This document shows positions 45,501-58,900 of a stretch of 64,000 bases of DNA, in pieces (position 1 is the first letter of the stretch; each line of letters begins with the position of its first letter). Below the pieces are notes generated by a model. It did no database searches, was not told the DNA's origin, and saw only the letters and a list, made by a program, of their open reading frames with translations. The stretch comes from Ranitomeya imitator. Taxonomy: Eukaryota. The stretch covers positions 135,656,001 through 135,720,000 of the forward strand of contig NC_091290.1 of the NCBI RefSeq assembly GCF_032444005.1, in the 5' to 3' direction. Position numbers and translations under genes: made by a program.

Positions 45501-48500
45501 GTGTACATACATTACATTACCGATCCTGAGTTACTTCCTGTATTATACCGCAGAGCTGCACTCACTATTCTGCTGGTGCAGTCGCTGTGTACATACATTA
45601 CATTACTGATCCTGAGTTACATCCTGCATTATACCCCAGAGCTGCACTCACTATTCTGCTGGTGCAGTCACTGTGTACATACATTACTGATCCTGAATTA
45701 CATCCTGTATTATACCCCAGAGCTGCACTCACTATTCTGCTGCTGCAGTCACTGTGTACATACATTACATTACTGATCCTGAATTACATCCTGTATTATA
45801 CTCCAGAGCTGCACTCACTATTCTGCTGGTGCAGTCACTGTGTACATACATTACTGATACTGAGTTACATCCTGTATTATACCCCAGAGCTGCACTCACT
45901 ATTCTGCTGGTGCAGTCACTGTGTACATACATTACTGATCCTGAATTACATCCTGTATTATACCCCAGAGCTGCACTCACTATTCTGCTGGTGCAGTCAC
46001 TGTGTACATACATTACATTACTGATCCTGAGTTACATCCTGTATTATACTCCAGAGCTGCACTCACTATTCTGCTGGTGCAGTCACTGTGTACATACATT
46101 ACATTACCGATCCTGAGTTACTTCCTGTATTATACCCCAGAGCTGCACTCAGTATTCTGCTGGTGCAGTCACTTTGTACATACATTACATTACCGATCCT
46201 GAGTTACTTCCTGTATTATACCCCAGAGCAGCACTCACTATTCTGCTGGTGCAGTCGCTGTGTACATACATTACATTACTGATCCTGAGTTACATCCTGC
46301 ATTATACCCCAGAGCTGCACTCACTATTCTGCTGGTGCAGTCACTGTGTACATACATTACTGATCCTGAGTTACATCCTGTATTATACCCCAGAGCTGCA
46401 CTCACTATTCTGCTGGTGCAGTCACTGTGTACATACATTTCATTACTGATCCTGAGTTACATCCTGTATTATACCCCAGAGCTGCACTCACTATTCTGCT
46501 GGTGCAGTCACTGTGTACATACATTACTGATCCTGAGTTACATCCTGTATTATACCCCAGAGCTGCACTCACTATTCTGCTGGTGCAGTCGCTGTGTACA
46601 TACATTACATTACTGATCCTGAGTTACATCCTGAATTATACCCCAGAGCTGCACTCACTATTCTGCTGGTGCAGTCACTGTGTACATACATTACTGATCC
46701 TGAGTTACATCCTGTATTATACCCCAGAGCTGCACTCACTATTCTGCTGGTGCAGTCACTGTGTACATACATTTCATTACTGATCCTGAGTTACATCCTG
46801 TATTATACCCCAGAGCTGCACTCACTATTCTGCTGGTGCAGTCACTGTGTACATACATTACTGATCCTGAGTTACATCCTGTATTATACCCCAGAGCTGC
46901 ACTCACTATTCTGCTGGTGCAGTCGCTGTGTACATACATTACATTACTGATCCTGAGTTACATCCTGTATTATACCCCAGAGCTGCACTCACTATTCTGC
47001 TGGTGCAGTCACTGTGTACATACGTTACATTACTGATCCTGAGTTACATCCTGTATTATACTCCAGAGCTGCACTCACTATTCTGCTGGTGCAGTCGCTG
47101 TGTACATACATTACATTACTGATCCTGAGTTACATCCTGCATTATACCCCAGAGCTGCACTCACTATTCTGCTGGTGCGGTCACTGTGTACATACATTAA
47201 TCCCCAATCCCCACAGTTTTAAGCGTGCCCTAAAAACTCATTTGTTCAGACTGGCCTACCGCCTCAATGCATTAACCTAACGATCCCTGTGTGGCCTATA
47301 TTAAAAAAAAAAAAAAAAATTAATTAACTGGTTCATGCAGCTTTACATGAACACCCAAGCCTTACACTATGGCTGGTCCGAATAACTATAGCAATTGTTA
47401 CCATCCACCTCTCGTGTCTCCCCTTTTCCTCATAGTTTGTAAGCTTACGAGCAGGGCCCTCACTCCTCTTGGTATCTGTTTTGAACTGTATTTCTGTTAT
47501 GCTGTAATGTCTATTGTATGTACAAGTCCCCTCTATAATTTGTAAAGCGCTGCGGAATATGTTGGCGCTATATAAATAAAAATTATTATTATTATTATTA
47601 TTATTACATTACATTACTGATCCTGAGTTATATCCTGTATTATAACCCAGAGCTGCACTCACTATTCTGCTGCTGCAGTCACTGTGTACATACATTACAT
47701 TACTGATCCTGAGTTACATCCTGTATTATACCCCAGAGCTGCACTCACTATTCTGCTGGTGCAGTCACTGTGTACATACATTACATTACCGATCCTGAGT
47801 TACTTCCTGTATTATACCCCAGAGCTGCACTCAGTATTCTGCTGGTGCAGTCACTGTGTACATACATTACATTACCGATCCTGAGTTACTTCCTGTATTA
47901 TACCCCAGAGCTGCACTCACTATTCTGCTGGTGCAGTCGCTGTGTACATACATTACATTACTGATCCTGAGTTACATCCTGCATTATACCCCAGAGCTGC
48001 ACTCACTATTCTGCTGGTGCAGTCACTGTGTACATACATTACTGATCCTGAGTTACATCCTGTATTATAACCCAGAGCTGCACTCACTATTCTGCTGGTG
48101 CAGTCACTGTGTACATACATTTCATTACTGATCCTGAGTTACATCCTGTATTATACCCCAGAGCTGCACTCACTATTCTGCTGGTGCAGTCACTGTGTAC
48201 ATACATTACTGATCCTGAGTTACATCCTGTATTATACCCCAGAGCTGCACTCACTGTTCTGCTGGTGCAGTCGCTGTGTACATACATTAGTTTACTGATC
48301 CTGAGTTACATCCTGTATTATACCCCAGAGCTGCACTCACTATTCTGCTGGTGCAGTCGCTGTGTACATACATTACATTACTGATCCTGAGTTACATCCT
48401 GCATTATACCCCAGAGCTGCACTCACTATTCTGCTGGTGCAGTCACTGTGTACATACATTACATTACTGATCCTGAGTTACATCCTGTATTATACTCCAG

Positions 48501-51500
48501 AGCTGCACTCACTATTCTGCTGGTGCAGTCACTGTGTACATACATTACTGATCCTGAGTTACATCCTGTATTATACCCCAGAGCTGCACTCACTATTCTG
48601 CTGGTGCAGTCACTGTGTACATACATTACTGATCCTGAGTTACATCCTGTATTATACCCCAGAGCTGCACTCACTATTCTGCTGGTGCAGTCACTGTGTA
48701 CATACATTACTGATCCTGAGTTACATCCTGCATTATACCCCAGAGCTGCACTCACTATTCTGCTGGTGCCGTCACTGTGTACATACATTACTGATCCTGA
48801 GTTACATCCTGTATTATACTCCAGAGCTGCACTCACTATTCTGCTGCTGCAGTCACTGTGTACATACATTACATTACTGATCCTGAGTTACATCCTGTAT
48901 TATACTCCAGAGCTGCACTCACTATTCTGCTTGTGCAGTCACTGTGTACATACATTACATTACTGATCCTGAGTTACATCCTGTATTATACCCCAGAGCT
49001 GCACTCACTATTCTGCTGGTGCAGTCACTGTGTACATACATTACATTACTGATCCTGAGTTACATCCTGTATTATACCCCAGAGCTGCACTCACTCTTCT
49101 GCTGGTGCAGTCACTGTGTACATACATTACTGATCCTGAGTTACATCCTGTATTATACCCCAGAGCTGCACTCACTATTCTGCTGGTGCAATCACTGTGT
49201 ACATACATTACATTACTGATCCTGAGTTACATCCTGTATTATACCCCAGAGCTGCACTCACTATTCTGCTGGTGCAGTCACTGTGTACATACATTACTGA
49301 TCCTGAGTTACATCCTGTATTATACCCCAGAGCTGCACTCACTATTCTGCTGGTGCAGTCACTGTGTACATACATTACATTACTGATCCTGAGTTAAATC
49401 CTGCATTATACCCCAGAGCTGCACTCACTATTCTGCTGGTGCAGTCACTGTGTACATACATTACATTACTGATCCTGAATTACATCCTGTATTATACTCC
49501 AGAGCTGCACTCACTATTCTGCTGGTGCAGTCACTGTGTACATACATTACATTACTGATCCTGAATTACATCCTGTATTATACTCCAGAGCTGCACTCAC
49601 TATTCTGCTGGTGCAGTCACTGTGTACATACATTACTGATCCTGAGTTACATCCTGTATTATACCCCAGAGCTGCACTCACTATTCTGCTGGTGCAGTCA
49701 CTGTGTACATACATTACTGATCCTGAGTTACATCCTGTATTATACCCCAGAGCTGCACTCACTATTCTGCTGGTGCGGTCACTGTGTACATACATTACAT
49801 TACTGATCCTAAGTTACATCCTGCATTATACCTCAGAGCTGCACTCACTATTCTGCTTGTGCAGTCACTGTGTACATACATTACATTACTGATCCTGAGT
49901 TACATCCTGCATTATACCCCAGAGCTGCACTCACTATTCTGCTGGTGCAGTCACCGTGTACATACATTACATTACTGATCCTGAGTTACATCCTGTATTA
50001 TACCCCAGAGCTGCACTCACTATTCTGCTGGTGCAGTCACTGTGTACATACATTACTGATCCTGAGTTACATCCTGTATTATACCCCAGAGCTGCACTCA
50101 CTATTCTGCTGGTGCAGTCACTGTGTACATACATTACATTACTGATCCTGAGTTACATCCTGCATTATACCCCAGAGCTGCACTCACTATTCTGCTGGTG
50201 CGGTCACTGTGTACATACATTACATTACTGATCCTGAGTTATATCCTGTATTATAACCCAGAGCTGCACTCACTATTCTGCTGCTGCAGTCACTGTGTAC
50301 ATACATTACATTACTGATCCTGAGTTACATCCTGTATTATACTCCAGAGCTGCACTCACTATTCTGCTGGTGCAGTCACTGTGTACATACATTACATTAC
50401 CGATCCTGAGTTACTTCCTGTATTATACCCCAGAGCTGCACTTAGTATTCTGCTGGTGCAGTCACTTTGTACATACATTACATTACCGATCCTGAGTTAC
50501 TTCCTGTATTATACCCCAGAGCAGCACTCACTATTCTGCTGGTGCAGTCGCTGTGTACATACATTACATTACTGATCCTGAGTTACATCCTGCATTATAC
50601 CCCAGAGCTGCACTCACTATTCTGCTGGTGCAGTCACTGTGTACATACATTACTGATCCTGAGTTACATCCTGTATTATACCCCAGAGCTGCACTCACTA
50701 TTCTGCTGGTGCAGTCACTGTGTACATACATTTCATTACTGATCCTGAGTTACATCCTGTATTATACCCCAGAGCTGCACTCACTATTCTGCTGGTGCAG
50801 TCACTGTGTACATACATTACTAATCCTGAGTTACATCCTGTATTATACCCCAGAGCTGCACTCACTATTCTGCTGGTGCAGTCGCTGTGTACATACATTA
50901 CATTACTGATCCTGAGTTACATCCTGTATTATACCCCAGAGCTGCACTCACTATTCTGCTGGTGCAGTCACTGTGTACATACATTACATTACTGATCCTG
51001 AGTTACATCCTGTATTATACTCCAGAGCTGCACTCACTATTCTGCTGGTGCAGTCGCTGTGTACATACATTACATTACTGATCCTGAGTTACATCCTGCA
51101 TTATACCCCAGAGCTGCACTCACTATTCCGCTGGTGCAGTCACTGTGTACATACATTACATTACTGATCCTGAGTTACATCCTGTATTATACTCCAGAGC
51201 TGCACTCACTATTCTGCTGGTGCAGTCACTGTGTACATACATTACTGATCCTGAGTTACATCCTGTATTATACCCCAGAGCTGCACTCACTATTCTGCTG
51301 GTGCAGTCACTGTGTACATACATTACATTACTGATCCTGAGTTACATCCTGTATTATACCCCAGAGCTGCACTCACTCTTCTGCTGGTGCAGTCACTGTG
51401 TACATACATTACTGATCCTGAGTTACATCCTGTATTATACTCCAGAGCTGCACTCACTATTCTGCTGCTGCAGTCACTGTGTACATACATTACATTACTG

Positions 51501-51625
51501 ATCCTGAGTTACATCCTGTATTATACCCCAGAGCTGCACTCACTATTCTGCTGGTGCAGTCGCTGTGTACATACATTACATTACCGATCCGGAGTTACAT
51601 CCTGTATTACACTCAAGAGCTGCGC
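42560..51625. repeat. 86/81-bp satellite, ~100 copies
   Basis: Consensus GCAGTCACTGTGTACATACATTA(CATTA)CTGATCCTGAGTTACATCCTGTATTATACCCCAGAGCTGCACTCACTATTCTGCTGGT; the two unit lengths differ by one CATTA. Confidence 0.97.
47200..47606 (+). mobile_element. 5'-truncated L2 LINE inserted into the satellite
   Basis: Encodes ..PNPHSFKRALKTHLFRLAY (L2 ORF2 end); 3'UTR ends TGTAAAGCGCTGCGGAATATGTTGGCGCTATATAAATAAA(ATT)n; an extra CATTA at the junction is consistent with a 5-bp TSD. Confidence 0.85.
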
Positions 51626-52326
51626 TCCATTTTGATGTAAATGAATCCTACTAATTGATGAGAACTGACTATTCCAGTAATTGTTGTTCTGGTTTCCTGA
51701 CATCTTATTTCCTCTTTTGTCTCGTTACTTCTTGTGTCTCCTCTCTTCTTTTTTTTTTCTCGCTTCTACTTTTTTTTTAGGTCAACAAGGAAATTACCTT
51801 TAAAAAATAATTTTGAAGAATGTTCTGACAATCGTCATGTGCGTTTCACACTGCGGGGCAGAAATGTCTGTTTTCTTAAGAGGTCCTCTGTGGTTAGAGG
51901 CTACTAGCACCTCATTATTGCGAGGTTCCAGGAGCCAGGACCCCTTAAAAAAATGAGGGGAGCAGTTCTCAATGGCCGAGCATGTGCAGTAATAGTCCAC
52001 AGAAATCAATGAGATGTTTACTGTGGTTTCTCCTGTTTTACAGTTTTTGTACCTTGACTGCCCTACTGATTTTGACTCAGGAGCCTGACCAATTCTGCCA
52101 GCCTGCTCCACCGGACAGCCGGAGACTCCATGGCGCCCTGAACATGGGGCAATCTGCCTTTCCATGATGAGCAGTTTCTCTCTTTCTTAACTTACTAACT
52201 GAAAAGAAGTGATGACACTGAAACAAGTTTATGATAAAAGCTGAAAAAAGTCCCAGGAACTTAACGCTTTGTGAGCTGAGATTTGTTAGTGTTGGGCAGG
52301 ATCCGGTCAGACGACCTGACTCAGCG

Positions 52327-52382
52327 ATGGAATTTACTCTTCATTTCTGCAAGTTCTTTCTGCTGAGCGGACGCATGTACAG
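52327..52382 (+). CDS. Possible first coding exon of an unidentified gene (MEFTLHFCKFFLLSGRMY...)
   Basis: Good Kozak context GCGATGG, strong donor CAG|GTAAGA at 52383, candidate acceptor near 52299. No recognisable homology. Confidence 0.3.
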
Positions 52383-52494
52383 GTAAGAACCTTCATCTTT
52401 ATTTTTCATCATAAAAAAAAAAAATTAAAAATATTAAATGACAAAACGCTTAAAAAATAGTTAAATACTAAATCGCACTCAATCCACAATAGTA

Positions 52495-52570
<76 letters not shown>

Positions 52571-52942
52571 CAATACTGGTATTGTTATATTTGTGCCAAG
52601 ATGGATTCTTTTACATTTCTGGCATTGGCTGTCACCCAGCTTTCTGACAACTCTGACTGGCCAGTCCTTCAGTTACCACTTGTGACACCAGGTGTACCAG
52701 GAAAAGGAATAATTTGGGAGGCTGAGTTATCAAAGTATGAAAAAGTTTTATTTATATTTTTTTTTAGTAAGGAAAAGGAAAGATGTTTGGTTCAAGTTTC
52801 AAACCCGATCATCTTCGTAGTAATCTGAAGCTCGCCATTACTAGGCTGAAGATGCTGGCTAATAAGAGAAGTAAGGAAAAATTATTTTTTTTATTGTCAA
52901 CAAACATTTTAATAATTGGGTATTGATGAATTAAATATAGAA

Positions 52943-55900
52943 GGGGTACAGTGATTGTAAACAAATGGGGGTGTATGGTCAGGAGCACAGTGATTATATA
53001 CAGAGGGGGGTGTATGGTCAGGAGCACAGTGATTATATACAGATGGAGGTGTATGGTCAGGAGCACAGTGATTATATACGGGGGGGTGTATGGTCAGGAG
53101 CACAGTGATTATATACAGGGGGGGTGTATGGTCAGGAGCACAGTGATTATATACAGATGGAGGTGTATGGTCAGGAGCACAGTGATTATATACGGGGGGG
53201 TGTATGGTCAGGAGCACAGTGATTATATACAGGGGGGTGTATGGTCAGGAGCACAGTGATTATATACGGGGGGGTGTATGGTCAGGAGCACAGTGATTAT
53301 ATACATAGGGGGGTGTATGGTCAGGAGCACAGTGATTATATACAGATGGGGGTGTATGGTCAGGAGCACAGTGATTATATACAGGGGGGGTGTATGGTCA
53401 GGAGCACAGTGATTATATACAGAGGGGGGTGTATGGTCAGGAGCACAGTGATTATATACAGATGGGGGTGTATGGTCAGGAGCACAGTGATTATATACAG
53501 ATGGGGGTGTATGGTCAGGAGCACAGTGATTATATACTGAGGGGGGTGTATGGTCAGGAGCACAGTGATTATATACAGGGGAGGTGTATGGTCAGGAGCA
53601 CAGTGATTATATACAGGGGGGGGTGTATGGTCAGGAGCACAGTGATTATATACTGAGGGGGGGTGTATGGTCAGGAGCACAGTGATTATATACAGATGGG
53701 GGTGTATGGTCAGGAGCACAGTGATTATATACAGATGGGGGTGTATGGTCAGGAGCACAGTGATTATATACTGAGGGGGGTGTATGGTCAGGAGCACAGT
53801 GATTATATACAGGGGAGGTGTATGGTCAGGAGCACAGTGATTATATACAGGGGGGGTGTATGGTCAGGAGCACAGTGATTATATACTGAGGGGGGTGTAT
53901 GGTCAGGAGCACAGTGATTATATACAGATGGGGGGTGCATGGTCAGGAGCACAGTGATTATATACAGATGGGGGTGTATGGTCAGGAGCACAGTGATTAT
54001 ATACAGATGGGGGTGTATGGTCAGGAGCACAGTGATTATATACAGAGGGGGGTGTATGGTTAGGAGCACAGTGATTATATACAGAGGGGGGGAGTATGGT
54101 CAGGAGCACAGTGATTATATACAGCTGGGGGCGTATGGTCCGGAGCACAGTGATTATATACAGATGGGGGCGTATGGTCCGGAGCACAGTGATTATATAC
54201 AGATGGGGGCGTATGGTCCGGAGCACAGTGATTATATATAGAGGAAGGTGTATGGTCAGGAGCACAGTGATTATATACAGGGGAGGTGTATGGTCAGGAG
54301 CACAGTGATTATGTACAGAGGGGGGTGTATGGTTAGGAGCACAGTGATTATATACAGATGGGGGTGTATGGTCAGGAGCACAGTGATTATATACAGAGGG
54401 GGGTGTATGGTCAGGAGCACAGTGATTATATACTGAGGGGGGTGTATGGTCAGGAGCACAGTGATTATATACAGGGGAGGTGTATGGTCAGGAGCACAGT
54501 GATTATATACAGGGGGGGTGTATGGTCAGGAGCACAGTGATTATATACTGAGGGGGGGTGTATGGTCAGGAGCACAGTGATTATATACAGATGGGGGTGT
54601 ATGGTCAGGAGCACAGTGATTATATACAGAGGGGGGTGTATGGTCAGGAGCACAGTGATTATATACAGATGGGGGCGTATGGTCAGGAGCACAGTGATTA
54701 TATACAGAGGGGGGGTGTATGGTTAGGAGCACAGTGATTATATACAGATGGGGGCGTATGGTCCGGAGCACAGTGATTATATACAGATGGGGGCGTATGG
54801 TCCGGAGCACAGTGATTATATATAGAGGGGGGTGTATGGTCAGGAGCACAGTGATTATGTACAGAGGGGGGTGTATGGTCAGGAGCACAGTGATTATATA
54901 CAGATGGGGGTGTATGGTCAGGAGCACAGTGATTATATACAGGGGGGGTGTATGGTCAGGAGCACAGTGATTATATACAGAGGGGGGTGTATGGTCAGGA
55001 GCACAGTGATTATATACAGAGGGGGGTGTATGGTTAGGAGCACAGTGATTATATACAGATGGGGCGTATGGTCAGGAGCACAGTGATTATATACAGGGGG
55101 GGTGCATGGTCAGGAGCACAGTGATTATATACAGGGGGGTGTATGGTCAGGAGCACAGTGATTATATACAGGGGGGGTGTATGGTCAGGAGCACAGTGAT
55201 TATATACAGAGGGGGGTGTATGGTCAGGAGCACAGTGATTATATACAGATGGGGCGTATGGTCAGGAGCACAGTGATTATATACAGGGGGGGTGTATGGT
55301 CAGGAGCACAGTGATTATATACAGAGGGGGGTGTATGGTCAGGAGCACAGTGATTATATACAGGGGGGGTGTATGGTCAGGAGCACAGTGATTATATACA
55401 GGGGGGTGTATGGTCAGGAGCACAGTGATTATATACAGAGGGGGGTGTATGGTCAGGAGCACAGTGATTATATACAGGGGGGGTGTATGGTCAGGAGCAC
55501 AGTGATTATATACAGGGGGGGTGTATGGTCAGGAGCACAGTGATTATATACAGATGGGGCGTATGGTCAGGAGCACAGTGATTATATACAGAGGGGGGGT
55601 GTATGGTCAGGAGCACAGTGATTATATACTGAGGGGGGTGTATGGTCAGGAGCACAGTGATTATATACAGGGGGGGCGTATGGTCAGGAGCACAGTGATT
55701 ATATACAGATGGGGCGTATGGTCAGGAGCACAGTGATTATATACAGAGGGGGGGTGTATGGTCAGGAGCACAGTGATTATATACAGGGGGGTGTATGGTC
55801 AGGAGCACAGTGATTATATACAGGGGGGTGTATGGTCAGGAGCACAGTGATTATATACAGAGGGGGGTGTATGGTCAGGAGCACAGTGATTATATACAGA

Positions 55901-58900
55901 TGGGGCGTATGGTCAGGAGCACAGTGATTATATACAGGGGGGGGGGGGTGTATGGTCAGGAGCACAGTGATTATATACAGGGGGGGTGTATGGTCAGGAG
56001 CACAGTGATTATATACAGGGGGGGTGTATGGTCAGGAGCACAGTGATTATATACAGAGTGGGGTGTATGGTCAGGAGCACAGTAATTATATACAGGGGGG
56101 GTGTATGGTCAGGAGCACAGTGATTATATACAGGGGGGGTGTATGGTCAGGAGCACAGTGATTATATACAGATGGGGCGTATGGTCAGGAGCACAGTGAT
56201 TATATACAGAGGGGGGGTGTATGGTCAGGAGCACAGTGATTATATACAGGGGGGGCGTATGGTCAGGAGCACAGTGATTATATACAGATGGGGCGTATGG
56301 TCAGGAGACCAGTGATTATATACAGAGGGGGGGTGTATGGTCAGGAGCACAGTGATTATATACAGGGGGGTGTATGGTCAGGAGCACAGTGATTATATAC
56401 AGGGGGGGTGTATGGTCAGGAGCACAGTGATTATATACAGAGGGGGGTGTATGGTCAGGAGCACAGTGATTATATACAGATGGGGCGTATGGTCAGGAGC
56501 ACAGTGATTATATACAGGGGGGGTGTATGGTCAGGAGCACAGTGATTATATACAGAGGGGGGTATATGGTCAGGAGCACAGTGATTATATACAGGGGGGG
56601 TGTATGGTCAGGAGCACAGTGATTATATACAGGGGGGGTGTATGGTCAGGAGCACAGTGATTATATACAGAGGGGGGTGTATGGTCAGGAGCACAGTGAT
56701 TATATACAGGGGGGGTGTATGGTCAGGAGCACAGTGATTATATACAGGGGGGGTGTATGGTCAGGAGCACAGTGATTATATACAGGGGGGGTGTATGGTC
56801 AGGAGCACAGTGATTATATACAGAGGGGGGGTGTATGGTCAGGAGCACAGTGATTATATACAGAGGGGGGTGTATGGTCAGGAGCATAGTGATTATATAC
56901 AGATGGGGGTGCATGGTCAGGAGCACAGTGATTATATACAGGGGGGTGTATGGTCAGGAGCACAGTGATTATATACAGGGGGGTGTATGGTCAGGAGCAC
57001 AGTGATTTTAAACAAATGGGGGCGTATGGTCAGGAGCACAGTGATTATATACAGATGGGGGTGTATGGTTAGGAGCACAGTGATTATATACAGATGGGGG
57101 TGTATGGTCAGGAGCACAGTGATTATATACGGGGGGGTGTATGGTCAGGAGCACAGTGATTTTAAACAAATGGGGGCGTAAGGTCAGGAGCACAGTGATT
57201 ATATACAGATGGGGGTGTATGGTTAGGAGCACAGTGATTATATACAGAGGGGGGTGTATGGTCAGGAGCACAGTGATTATATACAGGGGGGTGTATGGTC
57301 AGGAGCACAGTGATTATATACAGATGGGGGTGTATGGTCAGGAGCACAGTGATTATATACAGGCGGGGTGTATGGTCAGGAGCACAGTGATTATATAGAG
57401 ATGGGGGTGTATGGTCAGGAGCACAGTGATTATATACAGAAGGGGGTGTATGGTCAGGAGCACAGTGATTATATACAGATGGGGGTGTATGGTCAGGAGC
57501 ACAGTGATTATATACAGAGGGGGGTGTATGGTCAGGAGCACAGTGATTATATACAGATGGGGGTGTATGGTCAGGAGCACAGTGATTATATACAGATGGG
57601 GGTGTATGGTCAGGAGCACAGTGATTATATACAGATGGGGGTGTATGGTCAGGAGCACAGTGATTATATACAGATGGGGCGTATGGTCAGGAGCACAGTG
57701 ATTATATACAGGGGGGTGTATGGTCAGGAGCACAGTGATTATATACAGGGGGGGTGTATGGTCAGGAGCACAGTGATTATATACAGAAGGGGGTGTATGG
57801 TCAGGAGCACAGTGATTATATACAGGGGGGGTGTATGGTCAGGAGCACAGTGATTATATACAGAAGGGGGTGTATGGTCAGGAGCACAGTGATTATATAC
57901 AGGGGGGTGTATGGTCAGGAGCACAGTGATTATATACAGGGGGGGTGTATGGTCAGGAGCACAGTGATTATATACAGATGGGGGAGTATGGTCAGGGGCA
58001 CAGTGATTATATACAGATGGGGGTGTATGGTCAGGAGCACAGTGATTATATACAGATGGGGGTGTATGGTCAGGAGCACAGTGATTATATACAGAGGGGG
58101 GTGTATGGTTAGGAGCACAGTGATTATATACAGATGGGGGGTGCATGGTCAGGAGCACAGTGATTATATACAGGGGGGGTGTATGGTCAGGAGCACAGTG
58201 ATTATATACAGATGGGGGTGTATGGTCAGAAGCACAGTGATTATATACAGAGGGGGGTGTATGGTCAGGAGCACAGTGATTATATACAGATGGGGGCGTA
58301 TGGTCAGGAGCACAGTGATTATATACAGATGGGGGTGTATGGTCAGGAGCACAGTGATTATATACAGATGGGGGCGTATGGTCAGGAGCACAGTGATTAT
58401 ATACAGATGGGGGTGTATGGTCCGGAGCACAGTGATTATATACAGATGGGGGCGTATGGTTAGGAGCACAGTGATTATATACAGATGGGGGTGTATGGTC
58501 AGGAGCACAGTGATTATATACAGATGGGGGCGTATGGTCAGGAGCACAGTGATTATATACAGATGGGGGTGTATGGTCAGGAGCACAGTGATTATATACA
58601 GATGGGGGAGTATGGTCAGGAGCACAGTGATTATATACAGATGGGGGTGTATGGTCAGGAGCACAGTGATTATATACAGATGGGGGGTGTATGGTCAGGA
58701 GCACAGTGATTATATACAGATGGGGGTGTATGGTCAGGAGCACAGTGATTATATACACATGGGGGCGTATGGTCAGGAGCACAGTGATTATATACACATG
58801 GGGGCGTATGGTCAGGAGCACAGTGATTATATACAGATGGGGGTGTATGGTCAGGAGCACAGTGATTATATACAGGGGGGGTGTATGGTCAGGAGCACAG

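Noticed and set aside
42560-51625. Many short hydrophobic ORFs (MYIHYITDPELHPV...) as a peptide gene family
   Set aside because: They are translations of satellite monomers, with frames changing according to 86/81-bp unit order.
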